This document shows, piece by piece, positions 38,661 through 50,625 of a DNA stretch of 64,000 nucleotides; position 1 is the first letter of the stretch; each line of letters opens with the position of its first letter. The notes below the pieces were generated by a model. It saw nothing but the letters and a program-made list of their open reading frames with translations, did not search any database and was not told the DNA's origin. Location of the stretch: contig OZ249436.1 in assembly GCA_965235115.1 (NCBI GenBank), forward strand, positions 36,706,001 to 36,770,000. The letters are read 5' to 3'. The translations under genes and the position numbers were made by a program. The stretch is from Laetmonice hystrix. Taxonomy: Eukaryota.

Positions 38661-41600
38661 ATGGACGCGGACGAACGTGAAATGGACTTTACAAAGTCCA
38701 GCATGGATATGGTTTCCTTAAATAATTTGGTAAGTTTTGATTATGTCAACATCATGTCATGACCAGCATCCATCACCATGTCATGGCATGTGACATGTCC
38801 ATGACAATGATGGCCAAGCCCAGGCCAAGGGGGGGAGGGGGGGCACTTTCAGATCGTTACTTTAACAGGGATGCCAGTTTGTAGTAAATATCCTGATTTC
38901 AGGAATTTTCAGTTTTTGATTTTTTTAATATTTTTTCCTGTAGAGTCTAGTCTATTTTCCGTTTTTTAAATCAATTTTTCCTAATTTTAGGCATTTTCAT
39001 ATTCATTCCCCCTGGCCCTACAGTACAGGTATAAAGTTTCCTGCCATAAAGTAGATTCTTAATCTTTTTTTCATGTTAAACATGTATTGTGTGTTGACCG
39101 TGTCTATCCGCCTGCCTCCCGTCAGGGCTGCCGGCAAGGGCCCTGCATGCATACGACCGCGAGCCGGGCCGTGCGCCCGTGAGCAGGCACCGTAAGGCCG
39201 TGTATCTCTGGCCGCGTCCGGTCAGCGCTGCTCGGCAGCCGGGCCGTGCACTCAGCGCTGCTCGGCAGCGTGTAGGAAATCTGCGGTGTTTGTGGTATTT
39301 TTTCAGGAACCACACTTTTGCTGTAAGGGCAAAATGCCAAGCAAATTCTCTTCTCTGATTGGTGGATATTCGCAGAATAAATATTTTAAAACGTTTACTG
39401 CGGGCCGGGATGTTGCTACCAATAAAACTAATAATCGGGATGGACTAGTATGGCAATTTGAAACCGATAATTTTGAAAAAATATTTAAAATATTTTCAAT
39501 AAATATCATGAAAATATTTCACTGTGAATATGTTTGAACACATCTCAAATCTTACTAGATTATTCATTAGAGGCTATATATTGGTGGGAAACATTTTTTA
39601 ATTTTGTAAATATTAGGTACTAATTCCGTAATCGCCGTGGAATGTACGGTTACGCAGATTAGGTCTGACTGAAGCCAACCTGGCTTGAGTGGGTGGTTAT
39701 CCGGTAATAACTGGGATATTTAGGGTATCCTCCGACGTGTGTTCCACGTGATTATCATAGTCACTGAAGGACATGAATAAGGAAAAACCGTCATTCTTCA
39801 GCTCCCTCTGAAATATTCCACATAGGTAAAAAAAAATTCTTAGTTTTAGGTTTAAGTTGTTTAAACATGTGCTTCCAGCATAAACATGCCAAAATCAACC
39901 TATAGATGTTCTATAGTGTTAAAATGTATGGTTTGTGACTTTTAGGGCCCCCCAAAATATTTCAGGAAATTTTACCATAGCCAACTGGCATCCCTGCTTT
40001 AATACTTATCTTGTGGTCTTGTACAGTCACTTGGACCAAGCTCTAAAACTGCAAAAGACTGGTAACTAAACTCAAGTCAAGTCAAGAGTAAAGCATAAAC
40101 TGATAAAGCCATTAAAGGCAAGCCAAAGCCAAGGAAACAGTACTGACTGATTGTCACTGACACTGACTGTATCATTCTGTCTGATCAGTCTATTCCAGTG
40201 AAGCCCTTCAGTGGCAGTCAGTGGGTTAGCATGGTTAGGCCACACTTTTTTTATTGTTTGGTTTACGCGCACCCTGCAAAGTTACCCAAAGTACGGAGGG
40301 TGAAATAAAAATAAGCTTCCTCCCGCTCTACTTCCACTCCCCCCCCTCTCTAACTTTTATGATAGTTACATTAACATGTCTACGAGGTGTTATGAAGCGT
40401 GCACGTCTTCATGTTATTAATAAGGTCAACAGGCAGAGCAAACAACTAAAAATGTTGAAGTAAGAATGATTCGCTGTTTTTTTCCTTATGCTGTAGTGAC
40501 CCCTGGTGGTGAATGGGGTTGCAATTCCTACAATAATGAAATCTACTAGACATTGCTGCCATTACGTTTGGAGGTCGATTTCGATAAGTAGAGGGCAATT
40601 CCGATAAGTAGAGATTGATTTAGCTAATTAGTCGCACCCATTTGGGGGTCGATTTCGGTAGATTCTGATTTAGATTTTGGTGATATATATTTTTTAGATT
40701 TCGATAGATTTCGGAAATTAATCATACCGGGTTGGTTTGCCTAGAGCTAGTGACTTGTTTTGCCCTCATCACGTAAACGTAAGTTTTACTCACTTGTGTA
40801 GTGAACCCAAAACCAGGGCCAGCAGTGTTCTCCACAGGGTCGGGGCCAAGGTCGGGCGGCCCCATGTGACGAGCGCCGAAGGCACGCGAGATGATTGCCG
40901 AAGGCGCAAGCCGTTTGGTGTGGGGGGGGGTCTGGGGGTCCCCCTCCAGAAAATTTTCGAAATGTAGAAGCCCGGAGATGCGATTTCCCGGCATCTGGGA
41001 GAGAAAATGACTGCTCTCGGAAAGCACCCCAATCGGGATAAGCGAGTTTAGACGATTGGAATGGATTTTAAGGTCGGGCGGTCGGCCGCCAAGGTCGGGT
41101 GGTCGTGATCAAGGTCGGGCGGCCCGCTGCCAAGGTCGGGCGGCCCGCCCGACCTTGGAGCCTTGTGGAGAACACTGGGCCAGGACGGCAGCCCATTTAA
41201 ATAATACTGTTATCACACACACATCTCTACCAGTGTCGCATCTCCAGGAGCGTAATGTCCTACTGTTTAGACTTTAGATGCTAAATCTGACTAAGTGGGT
41301 ATGTATGTGTCGCCGTTTGGGCTGATACCTCCAGTCATCTGCTAGTTGATGGGTGATTGCCTGGATAGGCAAAAGGTCCAGACCAAATATTGCATTTCAC
41401 TCAATCCAGGCCTCAGCCAACCTCCTGGAGAGTGAGCATGGTTCGCTATCTATGCTGAGTCTGACAAATGTGTAAGCCTATGTTTCGCAGTTTGGCCTCA
41501 CATCTCCAGTTTTTTCTGATCAAGAATAAACAACAGCCTAGATAGGCAAATTGTGGACCAAATAATGCAGATGAGATATGAGCAGGGGCAGATCCAGGAT

Positions 41601-44600
41601 TTTGGAAAAGGGGGGGCCAGTTGAAATTAAAGGGGGGGCCAAGCCCTGGTAGGGTGTCCGGGGGCATGCCCCCGGACAATTTTGAACATCTAGGGTATCT
41701 GAAATGGCATTTCCTGAAATTTCCTGCATTCTGAGAAAGCAAAATGTTTGCTTTTACAGTTGCAAACAACAAAATTTTGCCTTTTTTCTGATTGGTACCC
41801 TGACAAAAGGGGGGGCCGCAGCCCCCTCGCCCCCCCTAAATCTGCCCCTGATGAGTATTTTTAAAACAAGAACTATATAAATACATAGAACTGTACAGCC
41901 AACCTCCCAGATATGTGAGAGTACAGAGATGTAAGACTATGGCATGTAATTGAGGTCCACAACCAAAACTATGTGAACAATATTCTGAGTTTTCTGTGGC
42001 CCAAACTCTTAATGATGTGTTTATGTTGTGTGTAACCTGACTTACCTGAGTGCAGTTGCACTTGCAACAGTTCTCTCTGTCTAGACACTGCCTGTTCTAC
42101 TATGGATGTACAATGATTCTTGTTAAATTGTGAACTGAGTGTATTGAGTTTCTCGTTGCAGGTGGTCAGTTTACGAGGTGTTATGAAGCGTGCACGTCTT
42201 CATGTGATTAATAAGGTCAACAGGCAGAGCAAACAACTAAAAACGTTGAAGTAAGAATGATTTGCTGTTTTTTTCCTTATACTGTAGTGACCCCTGGTGG
42301 CGAGTGGGGGAGCTCTCGTATCGTCTGGCAGTGTGGGCTGGGGAGGGCAGGGTCTGGACAGATGGTACAGAGGAGGGACTGCAGGGGGAAAAAATGTGGC
42401 GATCTGTTGGGTATATGTATGGTATTTCTGAAAAACTTATTTCTGAAAAACTGTGTTTGTGGCATGAATTTCTGTTGAGAATGAGAATGATTAATGAGAA
42501 TTGAGAATGATTACCTGATTATTACCATGTTTATTCTCTTTTTTACCTAGCAATAACATGGTCACATGTATACTAAAATACATACTAAAATGTTTGAAGT
42601 TTACATATATTGCATTGAGCTTTGAGCATGCATAAACAAACTTAAAGGTAAACTCTATTGAATTCGGTTTCTGCGTCGGACTGCAGCGATGGCCCAATGT
42701 CATGTACCTGTTTTTTAAATTGAATGCTCCGTTCCCTGAGCAAGCACAGGCCACACCAGAGCGAGCGACTGGGGGGGGGGGGCTCACCGCTGTACCGAGG
42801 GCTGCGACGTGTCATGGGAACGGGGCGTTCAATTTTTAGAATGGGTACATGACGATTGGGCCATTGCTGCAGTCCGACGTGGAAACAGAATTCAATAGAG
42901 TTTAGCTTTATTTTGGCATATATCTTATCAATTTTTTGAAAATACATGGTCATTTCCAGAAAATACCTGCCTTTATTATACTCACTAAATGGAAGATTAT
43001 CATTAGATGTGGTCTGGGATCCTGGTGCTTTCTTGTGTGTAAGATGGTGACACGTTTTATTGCAGAGCCACACAACAGAGGGTCGTCTTAAACCAGAGAA
43101 AAGCAGAGAAGCTTGTCCAGGAGATTGGTATTATCAAGGTATGGGTACTTTGTGAGAAACCCAAATACTTCATTCAGGTTCATTCACAATATGGGCTTTA
43201 AACTCTGCAATATTAAACACTTTTTTCCCTCTGCAATCATTTCTTAGATGTCATTAAATTAATAAAATTTCTAAGAAGCATTCCTATATAATTTTAATTA
43301 TCAGTAAATCGTCAGGGTTTCCTGCAGGCCCTTTTTTGGGGGGAGACTCCCCCCCCCCCCCCCAAATAATTAATTTCCAGAGGGAAATATTTTGCATTAC
43401 TCTTCCCCCCCCCCAAACTCGCACCATTCCCCCCCAAAAGTCGAAAATCTCCAGGAAACCCTGATCGTATTTAAAAGATTCGATTGAATAGACCAATTCA
43501 AGTGGTAATTGATAAAACAAAGTTGCATCATGTATTACCTTATTGATGTATGGAGGTTTCTGTTTTAGGAACTGAATATTGATCAAACCATTAAGTATGC
43601 ACTGGGAAATACAGATTCCTTTGATCAAGTAGCAAAGGGGGTAAGTCTATTCTCTCAATCTGTAAGTACTGATATCGCAAAAACGTTTAGGTGGCTGCAT
43701 ATGTAAAGCAATACTGTCACAGCTTTCTTTTACTTAGCATCCAAATGGTGTAATGTAATAAAGTTGTTAATTTGTTTTTCATTCTTCAAATTCCTATCTT
43801 ACCAATCGGGACTATCCCAAAAAATGATTTAGCAACGTGATGTGATGGGATAAGTGTCTGATCTTAAAGTGGCCCCAGGCTTGAGAAAAAAAAGACCAGT
43901 ATCTCCTCGGGTTTCTCTTATTCTGTTATATATCCACACTCATCCTTACAATTTAGACCTTGATTATATGATTTGGGGTTTGCTGTTATATTCTTTATTC
44001 CCCTTTTAGTAATAATACTGTAATATTTCAGGGTGACCTTGAGCTCAAGGCAATGACACGACTGGCGTCACACTCGATTATACATGAAAAAGTATGCAAG
44101 TGGCGTAAAGAGCATGAGGATTGGAAAGCCTTAGCTGCTTTTCTCATGTCTAAAAATACTGGGCGCAGATTCAAGAAAAGGAAAATGGAAAGTATACAAG
44201 ACCCCACAACACAAGAACAAGGCCTTAAGACTAATAGCATAGAACTAGGACATGAACAGTTGGCTGATGCACCTTCTGATGGTCAGAAAAAGACAAAGCA
44301 AAGAGATGGTCCAAGTGCTATAGAGTTGGGTAAACAGGCAGTTCTGGAAGCTAGTAAGAAACGTGTAGATAACCTTTTGGCGGTAAGGTTAGCAAGAAAA
44401 ACAGGGTCATTAGCTGGAAATCATAGTCACAAAGAGGATGCATTAGAATCTGTTGCAGGAGTTGAAAAAGACATCCATGAACCAAAAGATGAGGAGGAAT
44501 CGAATGGTTCAAGTGGTGATGAATCTGTCCCAAACAATGAAGTATTGCATACAACTAAAGCTGATGGTTCAGGACATTCGAGCAGTGATGACACAGAAGT

Positions 44601-46326
44601 TGGAGGAATGCATGTAACAAAAGATGACTTGGTAGCAGAAAGTTCAAGCAGTGATGACTTTGTCCCAAAAAGTGAAGGAATGGATAAAGCAAATGCTGAG
44701 GAGTCAGAAAGTAAAAGCGGTGATGACTCTGTTAGGGAAGTTGAAAAAGGAGCAGATACAACAAAAGATGAAGAGGAGGCAGGAGAGTCAAGCAGCGATG
44801 ACTCTGAAGAGGCATCACCACCAATTGATGCTGCAGATGAGGATGAGGATAACAGTGATGAAGAATCAGCTCACCTTGCATCCTCAAGTGACAATAACAC
44901 AAATAGTGATAGTGGGGACGACCTGTCTGAGGATGAAAGTCCTGCAGTTACAACACCAAAGAAACTCGGAAATGTCAGCCAAAGTATCACTACAACAGCA
45001 GAGGAAAGAACGAAAGAGTTGAAACTTGAAAAGGATTCTCAAAGACATTCACCTAAGGTAAAGGTGCCTGACACTCAGTCAAAAACAAATACGGAAATGG
45101 AAATAAGGGCACTTAATCTATCAAATATATCAACAGATCAGACTGAGATACCTGTAAGCCAACACGCAGAGCAGCAAGTTGCATTTCTCTTTAAAGGGAG
45201 GGAAGAAAAAGAGAAGGTAAAGCGAAAGAAGGACAACTTCTTTACATCAATGGGTGGAAGCAGTGATGAAGATGAAGACAACCTAAGGACCACTAAGGAT
45301 GAAGCATTTATGGATGCTGGAGTTGCTGTGGATGAAGATGAAGAATACCCCAGTTTTACACGCCAAAAGATAGAAAGTACATTTGTTGGTGCTCTTTCTA
45401 CCCACCAAAGACGACCCACGAGAGGCCATTTTGGGCACAGGGGAGGACACTTTGAAAAGAGGACGTCAGGGTTCAGCAGTCATCATGATGACAGGTTTTC
45501 ACACAGAGGGAGAGGGCGTGGCTCGTGGAGAGGAGACCATAGGTTCGAGAGGTACATTATATCTATATTTCATATGAGTTAGCATGAGCGAAGTCTGCCA
45601 GATTTTATCTTGTGAAAATATTTTGCCCTTGCTAGAGATCGTAATCGATATCTAGACCCAAAAATGTATTATGGTCATGTATTATCAGTTGCAGTTAAAG
45701 GGTTGCCTTTGTCTCTAACACAAACAAAACCTATCCAGTTATTACGTTTACAGTTTAAAACTGTGTTACCTTATCAACCCATAGCAAGTTGAAAATATCA
45801 CTAAGTTATACCTAAGATGTTGTAAGGCTGGCTGATGTATGGCTGATGTGTCTTGTTTAGGTCATCATCCATAAAACCCAGAGGGTCAGCATTTGGCGGC
45901 ACTGGTACTGGAAGAGGTACAACTGGTTCTACACAACAACAAAAAGGTTTACACCCTTCTTCATTATTCAATGTCGTTCATCTTCCTTCATTGTAAGCAA
46001 ACACCTAATATTGAAAGAAAGAATAAGCCGAAAGTATCGTTACATCAAAGCTGAAATTACAGTATTTTTCTTAGGAGGAATCTTTGTATGTTTTGACAGG
46101 AGCAACCCGATGTATCGTTATATCAAAGCTGAAATTACAGTATATTTCACAGGAGGAATATATACATGTATATTTGTATGTTTTGACAGGAGCACCCCAA
46201 CAACAGTCTTTTCAGGATCGGGCAGCTAAGCCATTACATCCTTCATGGGAGGCCAGCCGCAAGAGGAAGGAGCAGCAGAACCAAATTCACACTTTTCAGG
46301 GGAAAAAGATCAAGTTTGATGACTGA
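38661..46326 (+). CDS. SRFBP1: Serum response factor-binding protein 1 (BUD22 family), spliced
   Basis: Exons 38661-38729, 42162-42250, 43066-43138, 43569-43640, 44032-45551, 45861-45946, 46190-46326. N-terminus [47 protein letters not shown], long acidic linker, and BUD22-type C-terminus [14 protein letters not shown]...[10 protein letters not shown]. Confidence 0.9.
38866..39996. mobile_element. hAT6-like non-autonomous element (probably with an internal insertion)
   Basis: TIR CAGGGATGCCAGTT...AACTGGCATCCCTG, 6-bp TSD CTTTAA. Confidence 0.8.
40381..40518 (+). pseudogene. Partial duplicate of SRFBP1 exon 2 plus donor-side intron (pseudo-exon)
   Basis: Nearly identical to 42172-42308 (tacgaggtgttatgaagcgtgcacg...gttgaa|gtaagaatgat...gtgacccctggtgg) but lacks the first codons and the acceptor. 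Confidence 0.8.
40823..41177. mobile_element. hAT6-like MITE
   Basis: TIR CAGTGTTCTCCACA...TGTGGAGAACACTG, 6-bp TSD GGCCAG, subterminal AAGGTCGGGCGG repeats. Confidence 0.85.
41583..41850. mobile_element. hAT5-like MITE
   Basis: TIR CAGGGGCAGAT...ATCTGCCCCTG, 5-bp TSD ATGAG. Confidence 0.85.
42649..42904. mobile_element. Long-TIR hairpin MITE
   Basis: Imperfect inverted arms of about 85 bp: TAAACTCTATTGAATTC..GTCGGACTGCAGC / GCTGCAGTCCGAC..GAATTCAATAGAGTTTA. Confidence 0.8.
43313..43463. mobile_element. hAT5-like MITE (family A, copy 1)
   Basis: TIR CAGGGTTTCCTG...CAGGAAACCCTG, 5-bp TSD ATCGT. Homologous to 58947-59114. Confidence 0.9.
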
Positions 46327-47995
46327 TGAAATTGATGTTATCACTCAGGATTCGGTTAATAGATGATACATGTACCGTGTATCACTTTCATTCAGATTTA
46401 GGAGCTGGTCGTATGCAGTAGGCCTACTGTACTGTACATGTGTATTAAGTTAAGGCTAGCATGTTATATAATGGCAATATATACTGAGCGAATTTATCGA
46501 AATCGACCGAAACCGACCTTAGCATATACCGGCGAACCGTTCATGTAAACCTAACCCGACCGAAACTTTTCAGTAGGCCTATGTGTAATGTGGGCAGGTT
46601 GAGCTGGACTTCATTGCCATCTGTAGGTCGGTTTCAGTATAATTATGCCAAGGTCAGTTTCAGTTGCTTTGGCCGTTTTTGGTTTGCTGGTTTTGGTGTT
46701 TAATTGGACTGCAATGTAACTTTTTAATAAACTACTATATAGTCCCTCTGTGGACCCCTATAATCGGTGGAAAATATCAGCATATATATGTAGGCTACAA
46801 AGTACAATGGCATCTTGCTATTACGTATTAGCCCGGTTTATGGAAGGTTTCAGGGGCGGATCCAGAAAGCACAAATAAAGCATTATTTTGACAAAAACCA
46901 GATTGATAATAATTAATTATTTAAAATACTGGGAGGGGGGTGTTAAAGAATTTGCTTTGGAAAGTTTAGCATGGTCAATTAAGAAAGTGCTATGGGGAAA
47001 AAAGAAAAATGAGTTGGGGGGGGGGGGGGGGTAACCCCCCCCCCCCCCCCAAACCCTTCCAACCCTGGCACTATATAGAACTATAGGGTAGAATTCAAAC
47101 TATACTGCAGTACATGAGTTGCCAGTGGCTGATCCAGGGATGGTGTGGGCGGATGGAAGGTTACGCCTATAATGTATAAAGTCCCCCCCCCCCTAATTTT
47201 TCTTTCCTCACTACCATCACTGACACTGGCCTCAGTTAGGATCAGCGTCAGACTCACTCAGAGTCAGAGACACTTCGGCAGTTCGGGCACGCCCGGCTTC
47301 CAGCAAATTAGTTTCCTCTGACTTTAAAAAAATCCTGAAAATAGCTAATGGTCCGATGACTTTGAATATAAGGACTCGTACTCGTGTAGAAAATTTCAAG
47401 AAAAGGACCAAGAACTAATATTTCAACTGCAAGTTTGGGGATATAAATTTAAGACCTCCTGGGCGATTCACCTTAGTGATACCGTACACCGATCTGGTGC
47501 TACCACAGCGCCACCTGGGCAAACAGTGGGCATCTTAGATTAGATCGACAAAGAGAGATAAACCTAGGATAAAGTGCCAAAATGCGTCCAGTCACTTTGT
47601 TAACGCCGTCACAGATCAGGTCTGTAGCGGACTCACTTTGAAAAAGTTTGTTTAAAGACTACTGTCGATTCTTCTGTAATTATTTTCTCTTAATAGAAGG
47701 TAAATTCGATTCTGAAATACATAACCCTGGGCGATAATGGGTCGCACGAAGCTCCACGCCCTGGCACGGCCGACAACTCTACTTAGGACTGTGGCAGTCA
47801 AGAGGAGGGTTGGTCAAAGCGTCCGATTGCTAACTCGTCCGGGTCAAAGTGTCTGGCGGAATAATCAAAGCGTCCACTGAGAAAGTCAAAGTGTCCGCCG
47901 AGAAAGACAAAGCAAGGGTCCGGCGGGGTAGTCAAACTCAAAGACAAAGTCAAAGGGTACGCTAGTCGGCTGGCGGGCGTCTGGCTGACGGTATG

Positions 47996-48347
47996 CCGGT
48001 GTCGCGGTCTGTTTTCTCCGCCGGTCTGTAATCTCCGGGTGCATGGTTTCCTATTGTTTAGAGGGCGAAACTGACTAAGTGAGCACGCGCGTGTCGCTGT
48101 TCAGGCTCACACCTCCGGTCGTCTGCTAGCTGATGGTCGGTGAAGTTTTCTTCCAAATAGTAATCAACGACAGCCCAGATAGGCAAATTGCCGACCAATA
48201 CTGACGGCGGAGTAAACAGTTATTACGTGAGACTCAATCTAGACCTGATATTTCGGATAGTTTACCGAGAACGATACAAATACACACGACTCTGCAGCCA
48301 ACCTCCCGGAGATTTCAGACCGCGGAGAAAACAGACCGCGACACCGG
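47996..48347. mobile_element. CCGGTGT-terminated TIR element
   Basis: CCGGTGTCGCGGTCTGTTTTCTCCG...CGGAGAAAACAGACCGCGACACCGG inverted termini. Confidence 0.8.
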
Positions 48348-48883
48348 GAGAGGCCGCCGCTGGGCTCCCGCCCATGCCATGGTGAGGTGCGAGCTGACCT
48401 GGGGCCCGTTTCACAAAGATTGGCGATCGCTAATTTTGGCGAATATAATTCTCGCCAAATCTGGCGACCATGTCCATGGCGATGATTCCTTCAGACTGTT
48501 TCACGAACACCGTCGCCAGCTAACGTCACAATTATGTATCTATTTTGCCATTGTCGCTTGTCTAAAGTCCTCGCTGCCACAGAGCCTCATTGTGGGTGAC
48601 AAACACTGATATCAAAATGGCACACGTAAACAAACTCGGGTCAAAACTCAGAAATTCTATACCACTGAAATTAAATGTTCTACAGTCTACAGGGGTGCGT
48701 TTCACAACCATCGTTATCCTGTTGACAGTTGTGCGTTAAAATCCCCATTGAAAATACATTGGCGTTAACGATACGATGCAAGGATTGCCTATATCGCCAG
48801 ATTGGCGTTGGTGTTGGCGATATTGGCGAAAATCAACGTTACTGAAATGCCTCCGAGGGCCCAGTTTCTCGAAAATACTTTAA

Positions 48884-49179
48884 CAGGGTTCCCACGGTCA
48901 TGAAAAGTCATGGAAAATGAAATTTGTGGAAAAGTCATGGAAAATAGAAAAAAGAGGGAGAGTCATGGAATTTCAGATTTCTTTTGAACCACATTTCAGT
49001 TTCAGCATGTTAGGTCTAAATTGTAGAGTTCGACGATGTACTATATAGGGGACAATTCTGGGATTATCGTGTATTTTGGTAATTTTATCCAGAATTGGTC
49101 ATGAAATTTGGGAGTTTGAGTCTGGAAAAGTAATGGAGAAGTCATGAAATTTAAATATAGCCAACTTGTGGGAACCCTG
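48884..49179. mobile_element. hAT-like MITE inserted in a Harbinger-like MITE (about 48857-49290)
   Basis: TIR CAGGGTTCCCAC...GTGGGAACCCTG with AAGTCATGGAA repeats. Host termini GGGCCCAGTTTCTCGAAAATACTT / AAGTATTTTCGAGAAATCGGG. Confidence 0.75.
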
Positions 49180-50625
49180 TTTCACTCAAATCTACTCAAA
49201 AGAACCTTTTTTTGCCAATGTGAATCCTCCCTTTCCTGAGTTGAGTAGATTTGAGTGAAACTCAGACTAAGTATTTTCGAGAAATCGGGACTGCAGCAGG
49301 GCTCAAGGTACGAGTCGCCTGTTGACCTGTTACCATTCCTAGCCTCCCTTATGATACTTATAAGTTATAGCCTAAGCACCTCGAACTAACGTACTTGAAC
49401 TAAATTATGGTCAATATTCAATCGTGATTGCCGAGGGCGAGGACACTTATGACAGGCCAGCCAACTGGCCCGGACACTTTGACCAACCTCGCTGGACACT
49501 CTGGCCAACCTTATCAGACGCTCTGACCAACCTCACCGGATGCTCTGACCAACAACCCCCGGACGCTCTGACCAACCGCCGGCCGCATTGACTCGCCGGA
49601 CGCTCAGACTATAAATCGTCAAAGAGTCTTGATCAAATTCAGCCGCCCGTAATGCTATTGACCAGCGAAAATATTCGGGAGATACTAGGCCTTTGGGTGA
49701 CTATAAAACATATAGCAGTTGTTCATTTCCAAACTCTTACCACGAGTGGGAAATAAGACAAGTAGACGTTGACCCCATACAGTAGTAGACAGACAGCATT
49801 TTTACGGTGGCAGTGGGGTCGACACAGTGAGTTAGATATAGATCTACCAGTAATTTGAAGTTAGTGAGTTGTGCATTCAGGCACAGTAGGAATACCCAAC
49901 ATCTCGGCCCCTTCCCTTCTCCACCCAGTATTCTCTGTTCCCCCCGAGTTTGGAAATGAGTAAGAAAAGAAACTTGGCTGTGGCGATTGCCTGCCTTTAT
50001 ATGGTTGATATTTTGTCCAGGAAATATTCCCCAAAGTGGCAAAGAAAACAGACAGCAGATAATTATTGATAGGTTCTCCAGGATTTGAAGAAAATATGGT
50101 CATTATGACAAGTTCAAAAAATTATGCAAGATACATTGTATATTTATGAGCTGTATTTGTGAACCAACAGTGTTGAAATTAAAGGATTAGGGGGCAGCAG
50201 AAATACTGAAATAATGAAGTTGATATTATTAGTGGGGGTGGCACTCGGGAAGTTGGGACACATGAAGTGGCAGCATTACCCACCAGTTGCTAGTTGGTCG
50301 AGCCATGGTCCCACTGCCCCTTGAATAATGGAATAACGTCCTTGGACTGCTATGCTCTCAAATTTCTAGCAATCGGCATGAGCATTTATAAATTGACAAA
50401 AGTTTGCAGACTTTCATCAGTCAATTTAATGAAAAAGATTGGCCTATCAGTAAACTGATTATGCTCATAACGATGATGTGTAATGCACCCATGGATTGAG
50501 AATTGCAGTTTTATTATAATTTATAAGAGAAGATTTCCCTTATATATCCTAGACTAGTTGTGGTCTTAATGCTCCATCATGTTTTGTAGGGTCTAATACC
50601 TTGGAGAGAGATGTAGTGCTGTCCA

